DNA from: Callorhinchus milii
Taxonomy: Eukaryota
Direction: 5' to 3'
NCBI RefSeq assembly: GCF_018977255.1
Contig: NW_024704743.1
Coordinates: 30,754,001 to 30,818,000, forward strand
Length of the DNA stretch: 64,000 nucleotides
The notes below the pieces were generated by a model. The model had not been told where the DNA came from. It did no database searches and was given only the letters and a program-made list of their open reading frames with translations. A program made the position numbers and the translations under genes. Of this stretch, positions 12,705 to 25,407 are shown in pieces (positions within the stretch are counted from its first letter, which is position 1; the number at the start of each line of letters is the position of its first letter).

Positions 12705-13100
12705 TTTTTTTTTGAATAGCGCCATGGGCTCAGAGTCACTTGAATTTTTGTCTTCCCATCTGAAGTCGCCTCCTCAACAATCCAGTGCTTCCCCAGTGCT
12801 ATACTAGGAGCTCAACATTAGTATCTGGTTGAGAACATCACTGGAAAATAATAGTAATAACAATAATAAAAATGAACAATAATCCTTGCAAAAGTTTCAA
12901 AGTACTTCCAGGAAATACTGCCAAGTATAGTGACTGTGTGTTTTGTGGCCAATGTCCCACAAGCAACCATGAAGTGAATTTTATTTGGCTTGTTGACCAG
13001 GAGAAACTCCCTAACAGGATTGTTAGCATCCACCAAAACAGTTCAACGTCTCATTCAAAAGATAGAACCTCCAACAATACAGCGTGCCCCAGCACTGGAC
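12705..13100 (-). mobile_element. Two decayed Deu-domain SINE fragments
   Basis: tttgaatagcgccatggg... at 12711; then tail aataatccttgca, caatgtcccacaagca and ttcaacgtctcattcaaaagatagaacctccaaca at 12880-13090. Confidence 0.7.
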
Positions 13101-13627
13101 ATGACAGTCAGACAAGATTGTAAGGTATCCAGAAAGGTTCAGTCTGAGGGGAACAATATTTCATTGGACAGAATCGGGAGAAAATTGCAGGAGTCATAAA
13201 CCACTCCTAAGCCTTTTCCTAAACCTCATTTTAGGAACACATTAAGGAAAAACAGCAGAAGGCACCCCTCTGCAGCTAAGTGGTTTGCTCTGCTTAGAGT
13301 CCTCACATTGTTATTTTCTTAAGCGTGTGGTGAGCAATCCTATTTTGCAGATTTTAGGCCCTACATTGGGTTGCTTTTACTTTAATATCCTTTCCCAAGG
13401 TTGAGGTGCTCAGGAAGTTCAAAGACTGAGCTCTCCTACATGGACTAGATCCAAAACCTTAAAGCTTCAATATCCTTGGTTAAAGTTCATTCTTAGGTCT
13501 AGGCGAGTACAAAGTTTCACCCTCTTAAACAGATTAACCCTGGTGATATTTGTTAAAGCATTCCTTAGTTTATTTAAGGGAAAACAATTCAACAACAACT
13601 ACATTTTGCATTTATTTGGCGTCTCTC

Positions 13628-14154
13628 AGCCAGAATTTTGGGGTTAAAATTTGCAGTCTTCTTTATTTAAGTGAAGAAATTCCAAAGTAAGCAGGAGACC
13701 GGAGCCAGTCGAGCGGAGGCAGCAGGGAGTCGGTTGTGGGGTAAGCAGGTCGGAGAGGTAGGGAGGTGCCAGAGCATGAAGGGATTTCAAAACAAGCATG
13801 AAGATCATGAAATCAATCTGTTCGGCGATAGGGAGCTAGTGGAGCCTGGCTAGAACTAGTGTGATGGGGGTATGGGGCTTAGTGCAGGTGAGTATGCAGG
13901 TGGCAGAGTTTGGGATCAGCTGGATCCTGTGCATGGTGTAGCTCGGGAGATCGGCAAAAAGGGCATTTGAAAAGGCGAGTCGGGAGGTGACAACCCTCCC
14001 ACTCTTCTACAAATCCCTTCATGCCCTGGCACCTCCCTACCTGCTTACTCCCTAAACCACTGCCTGTTGCCTCCACTCAACTGGCTCCAGCTTTTTGCTT
14101 ACTTTGGAATTCCTTAACTTAAATAAGGAAGATTTTAACCCAAAAATCCTTGCT
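13628..14154. repeat. Foldback structure: inverted arms 13628-13787 and 14011-14154 around an L2 fragment
   Basis: The left arm (...ttaaaat..tcttctttatttaagtgaagaaattccaaagtaagcagg...ggtagggaggtgccagagcatgaagggattt) matches the reverse complement of the right arm. The inner part of each arm and the spacer are L2-like. Confidence 0.88.
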
Positions 14155-15759
14155 ATATAGTGCTCATAACCTTGGAACTTCTCAATTTGCTTCATAGGAA
14201 ATTGCTATTAAGTGTAACGACTATTTGCAGGCAAATACGAAAGTCAATGTGCACACAGCATGGAACTACCAACAACATTGCCAGTTAGGATACTCTGAAA
14301 CGCTGTCCTCTGTAATACAAGTGGTTTTCTACTGTGAAGAAAGTCATATGATAAGCAAAGCAACTTCTCAAAGAGTCATTCTTCACTGATCAATTAACCA
14401 ACCTATGACCTCTTTGGTCACGATGTTAAAGTGAAGCGAATGAGCATTTTTTTCTGCATTGAAGTACAAATAGAGTTGGGCAGAGTTGTGGAAGGAGAAA
14501 AAAATCACATTCACAATACTAAATTAATACACGTGTGATAGTGTTTACCTCAGATTGCCTCCATCAACAGTGACAGTACAACTAATAATTAATATGCTAC
14601 TAGTGTATGTACATCAAAAATGTTCTTTAGAAACAGGACCCTAATATATCCCCTTGAACTACTTGTAAATTCTCCAGTAATACAATAAAGGACCTTTCAG
14701 CCCATTGTGTCAGTGCTGGTGTTAGCTCTCCACTGGGACTACTGTATCTATTCATGGCCACTACAATACTTTTTCTAAAATCCTAGTCATAACACTGGTG
14801 GACACCAGAATAAAGTTACACAGATAAAAGTATACAAGAGCCTGATCGATAAGATTACTTCTCAGTTCTGCTCATTGCCAAATTATAGTTGTTCTGCCGA
14901 TGACAGATTGAAGTCAGTTCCCTCAAACACAGGGTTGCTAATAGTGTATAAAGTTACATTTTCATATAAACAATGAGACTGGAAATTTGCCTGGTAAACT
15001 CATCAGCAACCTTCCTTTCCTTCTACATATGCACCATAGACCATGTAATCCCATATGATTGATGCGAAAGCATGACAGAATCGAACGGAACTGCTAACTG
15101 TACATAACACGCATAAGAGTGATTTTGCAGGATTATTGAAGGTGACCGATTTAATATGAAGTTTTTTTTGCTCGTTCATCATAAATGTGAAAAATGATTA
15201 TTTAAATCTGCTTTTCATTCTGATCTCGGCAGGCATTCAGCACTCTGTGCTGCTTGTGATAAGGTAATAAAATTTTACAAGAACAAAAATGTTCTGCTAA
15301 AATATTACTGCAGCTGGTCAAGCCAGTTGCTTTCCTGCTGCTGGTAGGCTTAGAAAATTTGGCATAGTTACTGTTATTGAGTTAACAAGCTCTCATCACA
15401 GCAAGGCCAGTTGTTAAGTTAATTATGCCAAGGTCTTCCTCTCTGAATAGGTTCTAGGGTGGACTAATTCACCTGTGCTAAATAGACAGGGTTGTTGTGT
15501 AAGTAATTCACATTTCATGTTCCTGGTTCCACACAAAGAAAATCCTGGATTTCACCTTCTCATACCCCGTCATAATTTTAAACACTTGAATCTTGTCTTT
15601 GCTCAATCTTCCCTCATTTCACCTCATTCTTTTGTCCTCCTCTTCTACAGACAGCGACTCGTGCTGGGGCAATATTCTACAGGCACCTGCTGCACTCAGG
15701 TACCTTACACAGGTGGCAATTCTCAGGGAGGGGATTTGTATGATTCATGGAGTCTAGGG

Positions 15760-16000
15760 GAAATCTAAGGGCATCAGAACCCAGTGTAAGCCTGCCTGCA
15801 CCCAACATCCACCTTCCAGCAGGGGTCACTGAATAGCTTTCAAGTATAGGAAAGCTGTCTAAGGAAACTCAATTGTAACACCTTTACCACAATCTGGCTG
15901 AAAACAATGAACTGAGGATCGACTCAGCATCAAACCTGGAACTTTCCCACTCTAATTGCTCTGTTTCACACTGGGCAGTGCATTTACCAACTGAGCTATC
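15760..16000 (-). mobile_element. Ancient tRNA-headed SINE of a third family (possibly UCON3-type)
   Basis: The minus strand starts atagctcagttggtaaatgcactgcccagtgtg...ccaggtttgat and later has gctattcagtgacccctgctggaagg. The family name is from memory and tentative. Confidence 0.6.
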
Positions 16001-16149
16001 TTCCATTTTCTAATAGAATATTGAACCACCTGGGCTTTTCCCCACAAGTCAATTCAAACTATTAGAACCATCCCCGTTGCTCACCTTTATTATTTTCGAT
16101 GCTCCCAATGGCATTTTGTACAATACAATGTACATTTATGTTTTGCTCA

Positions 16150-16500
16150 TCAACAACAAACAATTCGAAAGGACATCCCAAGGCGATGGAGGGCAAGCGG
16201 TGTGGAGATGGGAGGTTGACCGAAGACACGGTTAAAGAGGAAGGTCTTGAAATGTGCCTTCAAGGAAGCAAGGGAAAAGGAGAGGCAGAAAGACTCCAGG
16301 ATTCCAACCAGTCCGCTCCCTCCAGTGGAGGGAGCGGACTGGTTGGAAACATCAAGAAAGTATCTCAAAGTGCTCAATACTGCCGGTTGGGCACCTAAGT
16401 TGGGGGTTGGACAGAGGTGGGTGGGAGGGAGCGGGGGGGAGAAGATGAACAAAAGTCCAGTTAAATAGATAATGTGTCTTGAAATAGTCCTTGAATGAGA
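16150..16500 (-). mobile_element. L2 3' fragments containing a perfect palindrome
   Basis: The minus strand reads ...SLASLKAHFKTFLF..., the L2 ORF2 end, and there is an L2 tail near 16150-16185. Confidence 0.75.
16302..16348. repeat. Perfect inverted repeat, 23-bp arms with a 1-nt spacer
   Basis: ttccaaccagtccgctccctcca-g-tggagggagcggactggttggaa. Confidence 0.97.
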
Positions 16501-17604
16501 GAAGGGAGCACATCAGAGGTATGTGGGCAGAATAGTTTCAAAGATGAGATCAGGATACAATTCTCTGGCTGTAGTCTCATAAATGTTTTACGGAGAAGCA
16601 GTACAGGACTAATTCCTCAGATTTATGTTCTATAAATCCAGCTATACATCCCATTCACTTTGACGCTACCGCCTCGCACCGTGAAAAGGTCACTTATCAT
16701 GCTCGTAACCTCTTCATATTCTGGCATTTGCAGGTTATAATCCTTCACTGAGATCGGTTTACTACCGCTACAATTGCTATGCATTTATCAGTACTGAATG
16801 TACTTGCCCAATATTTTTTGCTTAGGTGTGCATTCATCTGTGTGAATAGTTTTTCTATTAACCATACTTTTTACTGCACATTTTTGGTACAAGCGACATT
16901 CCGCTGTTTCAGCCAAAATTCTGATGAGGAAGATAGCAAAATTAACTGCAAACTCAGAGGGGCTATGTGAACTTCAATGTAACATAAATGCCCGCAACCC
17001 TGCAAAAAAAAGTAACACATGCATTTTCATCATTAATAGTGTTCACAGTAAAACCAACTTACAAGGTTGAAGAGTCACGCTCAATGTGGAGAAGGCATTT
17101 TACTGACCCAGGTTGTAGAGAAATGGAAAAGTTGGGAATGAGGAAAAAACAAAATCAGAATATTAGTCAAGATGGGAGTGGTACATAAACCATTGGTATA
17201 GTAGAAGGGAAGATGATAGGATGATGAAGAAAAGCAGAAAGAAATTGGCTCCATTCCCACGTCCCTTTTCATTCATCAGCCAGCAAAGAGAGTGACTTTC
17301 ATTCCACCATGCCTGGCTTTCTCAGGCAGATCAAAGAGGTAAAAGGTCAGTGTGCTAACTTGATGTGTTGCCCAATTTTTCTGAGCTTCTCTGCTGCTTT
17401 TGAGCTCCTCTGCCACTTTAGTACTGTGTTCAGGCAGCTGGAAATGGATACACAGAGATAAAACACCCCACTTCAAGATTATTCTTCCCCAAATAAAATA
17501 ATTCTACTGTAAGAAGAGTATTTCTCTTCAAAACACCCATACAACTGACACAATACTTTGAAATGCAATGTTCTGTAGACTGGAATATTAGTCAGGAATG
17601 AGAC

Positions 17605-18010
17605 TCAGTCTGTAAAATATCAGTGGTGAAGACAAGATTTTATTGATGTTTCTGTTAAGAAAACCAGAAGATTTTTTAAATTGGAATGCTGCACCACAAA
17701 TGTCAAATGTCTGTTGAATGGTATTTAAAAGGGAATTCAATGAATACCTGAGGAGCAATAGTGTTAAAGCATTTGCGGAAAGAGCGGAGAATGGGATTGG
17801 AACAGATAGATCGGGTGGAGGAGCTAGCACCAACACAGACACAAGGCCAGGTGCAAACATAAGGAAAAAGTGAAGAGTGGGGTATAGGAGAGGGGTGCAG
17901 CAGAGGGGAAAGGAGAGGTGGCGGCTTCTGTGGAGTAAAAACACCAGTGCTGACAGGTTGGGATGAATGGTCTGTTTCCGTGCCCAATCAATCCGTGTAA
18001 CTCTATGTCT
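17605..18010 (+). mobile_element. Old CR1 3' end
   Basis: tggaatgctgcaccacaaatg...tttaaaagggaattcaatgaatacctg is a WNxLP...FKxELD-like end; the 3' UTR is gctgacaggttgggatgaatggtctgtttccgtg...ctctatg. Confidence 0.65.
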
Positions 18011-18322
18011 CCTCTTGTCCTGTGAACACTCTATGAAACCAGAACCAAAATCAGGGAACAAAGAACCCCAATTACTTCTACACCTCTAAGACCTTGATGG
18101 TCGGAAACATACATTCTAACTGGAGGAAAGGTGACATGCATCGGCAAGCCAAGTAGCTCTCCACATTCACACTGCTCTTTTTAAAAACAGAAACATAAGA
18201 CAATTAAAATTTTGCAAGGCTGCCCAATTTGGAATAAAATTTGGTTTGTAGCTCCTGCCTGGAAGAAACAGATAACTGAAAGGCACTATACAAATTTAGT
18301 TTGTGTTACTGATGATTCTGCT

Positions 18323-19262
18323 ACAACAACAACATGCATTTATATTGCACCCCTCAAGCAGGTTAGCTTCCTAGAGTGCTCGATAGTGGCCGAGGATGAC
18401 AGCGAGCCAGGGGAAGGCGGGAGGTGACCATAGGCAGGGTCGATTAGGAACGTCTTCAGGTGCAACCTGAAGCTGGGGAAGGAGGGGGCAAAGTGGAGGG
18501 ATAGAGGAAGAGTGTTCCAGAGTTTCGGGGGGTAGTGGTTGAAAGCACAGCCACAGATGGTGGAGTGGAGGGCAGGAGGGACATGCAAAGGCTGAAGACA
18601 GACGAGCAGAGGCAGTGGGTTGTGAGGTGTGGGGTAAGCAGGTCGGAGAGGTAGGGAAGTGCCAGGGCATGAAAGGATTTGATAATGAGTGAGGATCTTG
18701 AAATCGATCCATTCGGTGATAGGGAGCCAGTGGAGCCTGGCTAGAACTGGTGTGATGGGGGTACAGAGTTTATGGGTGAGTATGCGGGCAGAGGAGTTTT
18801 AGATCAATTGGATCCTATGTATGGTGGAGCTGGGGAGACCGACAAAGAGAGCATTTGAGAAGTCAAGTTGGGAAGTGACGAACGCATGGACGAGTATTTC
18901 AGCTGCGTCTGGGGTAAGATACGGTCGGAGGCAGGCAATGTGGCGGAAGTCCTGGTCAGGATGTGGGGAAGGAAGGACAGCTGTGGATCAAACCTGACGG
19001 CTAGGTTGCCCACTAGATTTGTGTGTCATCCGCATACATGTGGAAGTTTACCCCATATCTGCAGATGATATCGCCAAAAGGGAGCATATAGATGAGGAAG
19101 AGGAGAGGGCCAAGGATGGAGTCCTGGGGTACATCACAGGTGACCAGGTGGGGGCTGAAGGAGAAACCGTTTGGGGAGATAAAGTGAAGGCAGTTTGTTA
19201 GGTAGAACTTGAACCAGGCTAGTGTGGTCCCACTGAAGTGAATGAAGGAGGGGAGGCTGCAA
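18323..19262 (-). mobile_element. L2 retrotransposon, 5'-truncated, with RT remnant
   Basis: The minus ORF 19013-19303 contains LAWFKFYL...VPQDSILGPLLFLIYMLP...FHMYADDTQI (RT motifs including YADD). It is followed by AVRFDPQLSFLPHI, LWNTLP...LKTFL and an L2 tail. Confidence 0.95.
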
Positions 19263-19434
19263 TGTTTTACTGAAATACCAAGGTGTGAATTAAGATTTGG
19301 CATTAAAACTAGTCAGTAGAGAGCTCCCCCAATGGCCCCATCTGTTATGGCGTCCTACCCTGCAACATTATTAAGTCATTAAGTCACTATTAAGACAGGA
19401 GATAACGGGTTGAATTCAGTCTCTACTAAGTTAG

Positions 19435-19552
19435 GCAAAATACTGCAGATGCTGCAAATCTGAAATAAACCTGAAACGTTAACTAATTTTCCCCTCTCCA
19501 TAGATGCTGCCTGACCTGCTGAGTGTTCCCAACGACTTCTGTTTCTATTTCT
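19435..19552. mobile_element. Collapsed copy of the Penelope-type palindromic element at 25190-25407
   Basis: 19435-19469 is the reverse complement of the element's outer end (25367-25401). 19470-19552 (cctgaaacgtt...ctccatagatgctgcctgacctgctgagtgttcccaacgacttc) matches 25293-25375. Confidence 0.85.
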
Positions 19553-19624
19553 GCTATACTGGTGCTGATCTAAGGTAGTCAAGCTAACAAAGCACTGCTG
19601 ACCTCGGCATTCCTGGAAAATGGA

Positions 19625-19830
19625 ATGGGAAATTAGTCAAGATTGCAGCTCCTGATCACCATGCTGGGAAGCACTATTGTGTATGACTATGAGAACAGGA
19701 ATGGGCTCACCTGTGATACTGCTAACCTCAAGTCGCTCACTGGCACCCACCGTCAAGACGTGTGCATGCATAGTGACATTTGAGGTGACATAGCAGAAGG
19801 TTGCTCCTGCCCATATCACCATAATTATAA
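19625..19830 (+). mobile_element. Decayed body of the third SINE family
   Basis: gctcctgatcacca...gagaacaggaatgggctcacctgtgata resembles segments at 15.8, 33.7 and 45.0 kb. Confidence 0.45.
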
Positions 19831-19839
19831 ATCTTAGCA

Positions 19840-19975
19840 TTTGGTATTGCAGTTTTCACATTGGGAGGACATCTCAAGGTGCTTCACAGAATTTACTGTA
19901 AATTGTAGTGGGTGTGTATTTTGTAGGAATGTCAATGTGGCAGTTACTTTGTGCACAGCAATGTCCCCAAATTGC
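19840..19975 (-). mobile_element. SINE 3' half
   Basis: acatctcaaggtgcttcacagaatttactgtaaa...gtgcacagcaatgtccc. Confidence 0.7.
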
Positions 19976-21748
19976 ATAATTACTATGTGAAATCACAATC
20001 CTGCATAGGCAGGAATCACCCAATGGATATTCTCTGGGGTCAGAATCCCACAAGCTTAACCCGATAGAAGGAAAAAAGGAGCCAGAAATCCTTTCAGGAG
20101 AAGAGTGAAAAGATTCAGTGGAATATGTCCTGCAAACAAAATTCAGCACAATCTAAGAGTTTGGAAATAAGGACTCCCCTTGCAATAGGTGAAGATTTAA
20201 GCATCAAGAGTTGGATACTCAAATTTGCCAGCCACAGCTGTGTTTTGTGGGTGCAAGTGTGTGTATGTGTCTGTGGTGGGGTGGGGGGAGATGGTGCAGG
20301 GGGCATTTTCTCGTCTATCGTGCTGGAAACATATGCATGAAAACGGCATTTAACATGAGTTGTCCAGAACAATTCATTGCTGATGGAGGCTTCAAACAAC
20401 AGGGACTTTCTGGTGGGAAAAGAGCATAACGTGCACTTACCACAACAGTCTGTATTTGTTCCACTGCTTCGGGTTGGAATAAATTGAGTGGTTATAAAAC
20501 AGTAAGATGAAATTCTATAAGATATCCTACACGTGGAGTACATCCAATGGTGATGTGCAGCATTATGATTTCACATAGTAAAGGCTTCCTGACACATGTC
20601 TCTTCCAAAAGACTGGCCACTGCTTAATGAACTCATTACTAAACTGATCACAGAATGGAACAGAAAGTTATGTAGAGAAACACTCAGCATCTAAAAATCA
20701 ACATGTATACTTGCAGCATGATGCAATGCAGAAAAAAATACAACTGAAGGGAGTGAACTATCGCCTGGTTCCTCTGTCCTGGCCAATTAGTTGTATTTCA
20801 TGCCATCTTACTCTGAAAGAAATTGCATGTATAATAGTTCTCTCCTCTTGGAAGTTTTACACATTTTTGCCTCAGTCAATAGATGAAATAAGGTCAACAC
20901 AGGGTAAATTGTGAATGGTTGATTAGAAAAGATAAATGGCCTTTGCATGTTCTGGCTTAGTGTTCTTATTATACCCACTGTGATGTTATGTCAGACTGCT
21001 TTCCAAAAATGTTATGGCAATTAAAAAATCCTCTTGATCCATCTTCTTTGAAATTATTTTTGATGCTTTGGGAGCTCAATTGATATGGCGCCTGGAACTG
21101 AAAAATGGACTTGATGCTCCTCATAATATAACTATTGAAGGCACAGATACTCTTAGTCAGAATAGGTGTAATTATTTCCACTGCAGGGTTCCTAGAATGT
21201 CCCTTCATTTTTTCACTGTCAATTGTACAGATCTCATCTGTTATCCACATAACAGATATGCACCCTTTATTGGTCATGGGATTAAAAAATACTTTTTCTT
21301 TCTTTCCCAAGATTATGAGCCTGTACTACAAAAGTTATCATCATTTACTGAGACTCACAATTTCACGGTCTAGCAATGAGATGCAGTGTCAGAGGAGACA
21401 GATAGCAGTGAGGACAGCAGCTACACCAACACAGATTCTGCTATCTCGGAACCACAGGGTTTATTGAAACAGTTCATACAGCCTGCGGTGTTTGCTTAAA
21501 GATGGTGTTTAATCTCTAAATTATGTTGATATCTAAACAATGCCTGGCACTAGACTGTTTGGATAATTCCTTAAATTCAGTTAGGACTCTCAGCACGTTT
21601 TTTAGTGATAGATGTGTATTCAGATCAGGTACCATCTGATGAGCACAACTGAATGCAATTCCACTGGAGGGAAAGCGGGATCAGAATTTAGGATGGTGAA
21701 AAAGAAATGCACAATTTAGCTTTCTTCTTCCATATTCAGCGTCTGGAA

Positions 21749-21955
21749 TTACAACAACAACTTGCATTTATAATAGCGCCCTTAATGCGGGGTAGTTACT
21801 CGGAGCACTTTCTGCATTGCATCACGCTGCAAGGGCATATGTGGATGTTCAGATGCTGTGTTTCTCTAAATAACTTTCTGAGTCCTAATATGGGGCTTGA
21901 ACCCCCAATCGTCTGACTCAGAGGCTAGAGTGTGATTAACTGAGCCAGGCTGACA
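21749..21955 (-). mobile_element. Deu-type SINE head joined to a tail (internally deleted)
   Basis: The minus-strand head is gtcagcctggctcagttaatcacactctagcctctgagtcagacgattgggggttcaagcccc; the tail appears as acaacaacttgcatttataatagcgcc on the plus strand. Confidence 0.7.
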
Positions 21956-22611
21956 CAGGAAAGCTTCTGGAGGGCAGCAGAATGCCCATGGATGGGTACC
22001 ATATCATAAGTCAGTGAAAAAGGGTAAGGAAAATGGGTGAAACTGGAGGAGAAAGCAAAACAAAAACAGAGGTGCTGGAACTCTCTCACCTAACACAGCC
22101 TTCCGTGTAACATAAGCAGTTTGGGGAGTTCAGGAGAATTAAGATTTGAAATTGTTGGAGCCTACTTAGGCTCTGAGAAGGCTGTGGCACACCCACCACA
22201 ATTTCTCCAAGTAATTCTGTGCTCCGAAAAACATAGGTCAGTTTCCTGGGTTTCTTTACCAACTTGCAGCCAGTCAATAGGGAGAAGCCGGCCGCAGGGA
22301 ATCGAAGGCCAAGAGAGTGTGGTCAAGCACAGTAAGACCTTCAAGGTGATGTTAATTAAGGAATTAGGAGCAAATTTGCAGAGAATCTATAACCTATTCC
22401 TAGTGTTAATTAGCACAAGGAAGGCTTTAAGAAGTCCTGTAGATTTTGCTCCAACCTTCTGCTGTTTCACTGTATACTTCTTGATAGACACATTTGATCT
22501 ACCACTTTTCTCTCTTCCACCTTTGCTGAAGCTGCTGACTTGTCCTGAGGCAGGTTTGCATGAGCACCAGCAGTCATTCAAAAGACAAAACAATTGAAGT
22601 GACATAACCTC

Positions 22612-22670
22612 TGTCCTGTGAGATCAGCTAACTCAGCACAGACTGGAAATCAACCCTGAATCATTTTGGA
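22612..22670 (-). mobile_element. Short fragment of the third SINE family
   Basis: gagatcagctaactcagcacagactggaaatcaaccctg is the reverse complement of the ctgtgctgagttagctgatctc block. Confidence 0.55.
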
Positions 22671-24334
22671 CAATGGATACATCTTTAAATAATAACAGAT
22701 TAATTACCTTTTTTTTTGCTAATGGATAATTTTGTCAAACAAATATAAATATTAAAGCAAAGAAAAGAAATTGATGAAGGAGAAAGATGTTTCAAAGCCC
22801 TTTAAAACAACCCAACAGAGAATATAGTAAATGCTGCAATAGGTTTCCAGATATGTTTGCATTGTAACTTAACAATGAAGAAGTATTTATTTTCTTTCTT
22901 AAGTTTCCTAGAAAAATCCAGTGACTTATTTCTGGTGCTCTTCCGGCTAGTGTTTAGTTTGGGACTAGCAAGTCTCATTGATGTACAGCTTATTTATTAT
23001 CACTCTAAAAATAGACACAGACCATTTTTTGGCCTGTGTTACACAAACCGTACAGTTGATGTGAGCTTTTGTGAAGCAGACAGTCATTAATAGCTTCGGG
23101 GAGAGAAATTTACCAGACATTGTAAATGAAGCACAAGTGTTTATACTCCATAAAATACAACTTACTGTAGTCATGCAGTCTTTCAACAGTACTAGACAGA
23201 GACAAAACAGTAAGGCGACTACAACAATTCACTATTACAATATACATTATAAATAGTTAATACAGTTGTAAATGTAATACCCTGCTAACAATACAATAAA
23301 TGCCACATTCATGGGCCATACTGCAATATAAAAGCTGCTGTTGCTGTCTCTGTAGACAGTTTCACTGCCTCATGCAGTCTCTTCAACCTACTTCCAGAAG
23401 CACCGAGGATTTCAAGGTCAACATTTATGCTACTGCATGTACTGGCTGGCTATCAGAAAGTTAGCTGAGTCGCTAGCCAGCAATGGGTTGTTGAACTGCT
23501 ACCTTTTATGATCTCTTGAGATGGGCAAAGGACACAGACAAAAGAAAAAACTTGCAACTCATAATAGGGAAATAATTGTATGGATCCCATCTGACATCAA
23601 CGGATGGAACCCAGGCGTAGTTTTGCACTGGCCAAGACGTTAATCTTAACTATGTTTATTAAGTGGGCAGAACTCCATAGAATAACATTGTCCCATAATT
23701 CAGCAAGATTGACTGTTCTCCTCAGAGACCACAAGTTTGGCTGGTGTGGGAAATGGAAATTTAAAACTGGTCTTTTATTTTGGTCATCCAGGAGTCCAGA
23801 CACGCCTTGGTGTGCTTAAGAAGTCTCCAATTCCATTTACTGAAAACCAACACAGACTTTCTGTCTACATGTTCTGTGGGGAGGAGGGACATATCCACTT
23901 TTCTATGCCTGGGGAACAGAGCCATGATATAGAGGGAGCCAAGACATTAGGAAATCTAAAGTTGACACTGAGTTAATTCTAGAATTAAAACAGATAAAAG
24001 TACAAACTGTTTACCTCTGCGGGGCATTTGTAAGCTGTAAATCAAGGGATTGATGGCTGTTTCAAAACTGACAGAGCAAGTTTCTTTTTGAGAATGGAGG
24101 CACATTTATTGGGAAAATCCCCCCACAAAGGCTCCAGTATAATTTTGTCAATCAAACTGAATGACAGTAGCAGCTGGAAATTGGTGCCGTACAAGAGCTT
24201 CAAACTAAATTTACTGAGTTTTAGAGTGTTGCAAACTCCAGCCCCAGCTTAGGTGGCCAAATACCAATGTCAGTTAGAGGTGGCAGCTGTGTAAAACATA
24301 CACTGATATGATTCCTTGTAGCAGAACTATCTTG

Positions 24335-24645
24335 ACCAAATGGGTATCGTTTAGTTTGTAGCACGCTTGTCTCAGAGGCAGAAGATTATGAGTTCAAGCC
24401 CTACATCAGGACTTTGAACTCCAAGTCATGCCATTGTGAGAAAAGAGAAGAGAATTTCTCCAGGTGCCTGGTCAATAACTCCCCAGATAAAACAAATTGG
24501 TCATTCACTTCATTGCTATTTGTGGGACATTATGGTGTGCAAACTGGCTGCAGTGGTCACCAATAAATATGCAGTCACTACAGCTACATACATTCCGTAA
24601 AACACTATAAGACATCAACATGATGAAAAAGCCTATATCAACTGC
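24335..24645 (+). mobile_element. Deu-type SINE, internally deleted
   Basis: Head tttagtttgtagcacgcttgtctcagaggcagaagattatgagttcaagcc; body tgtgggacatt...gtgcaaactggctgc; tail tatatcaactgcaaagattattatt. Confidence 0.8.
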
Positions 24646-25189
24646 AAAGATTATTATTGATATTACATGTGAATCCCAACAGGATCCTGCAGAAGACATC
24701 ACAGTCAAGCTTGTTTCCATGTTTACCTGATGTCCACACATCATGGAGGCAGCTGAAATACACAACCCCAACCTTCCCCGTCGTTTGTGAATGGGTGAGT
24801 GTGGAGAGGAAGCAGCAATGTTTAACATGAAACCACATGAGTAGCTGGGATAGGGACTTGGGAGTCAGAGACAGACAGAATGGTAACTCTATCAGGCAAT
24901 CAGGTAGAAGAACTGGCGCAAAAAGGAGAGACTCAAACAGGAAAACAGTTCAATAAATAGAGTGGGCAAAAACAGAAAATAAAGGATTTGGAGAAAGCAA
25001 GGAAATAGAATTAGAATACTGCAGTTATAATAGTAATAATAATGCTTGCATTTGATATAGTGCCTTCTCACGTCTTCCAGACATCCCAAAAGCACTTCAC
25101 ACAATATATAACTTCAATGCTAACTTCAATGGGGGAGTCAGCAATGAGCTGAACAAATTCCTCTAATGATACAATTTCCATGATTCTAT

Positions 25190-25407
25190 GGGAACACTCA
25201 ACAGACCAGGCAGCATCTATGGAGAAAGGAAAGTGAGTCAAGGTTTCGAGTCCACAATCATTTCATCAGAACATCTGACGAAGGTTCGTGGACCTGAAAC
25301 GTTGACTCACTTTCCTTTCTCCATAGATGCTGCCTGACTTGCTGAGTGGTCCCAGCGACTTCCGTTTTTGTTTCAGATTTCCAGCATCTGCATTATTTTG
25401 CATTTTG
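25190..25407. mobile_element. Palindromic non-autonomous element of Penelope-like (pLTR) type carrying hammerhead cores
   Basis: Inverted arms 25189-25270 and 25274-25354 with a 3-nt spacer, flanked by the direct repeat atgattctat (25180-25189 and 25412-25421). A CTGAyGA...GAAAC motif is present on both strands. Confidence 0.85.
25275..25307 (+). ncRNA. Minimal hammerhead-ribozyme core, probably degenerate
   Basis: CTGACGA (25275-25281), stem II aggtt/cgtg/gacct, GAAAC (25296-25300), then GTT and gact. The bases upstream of the core (acat) do not pair with gact, so helix I is broken. Confidence 0.6.

Noticed and set aside
24728..24753. Possible 26-nt minus-strand micro-exon (tttcag|...cag|gtaaac)
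   Set aside because: Weak polypyrimidine tract and no recognisable peptide; such matches are expected by chance in 50 kb.
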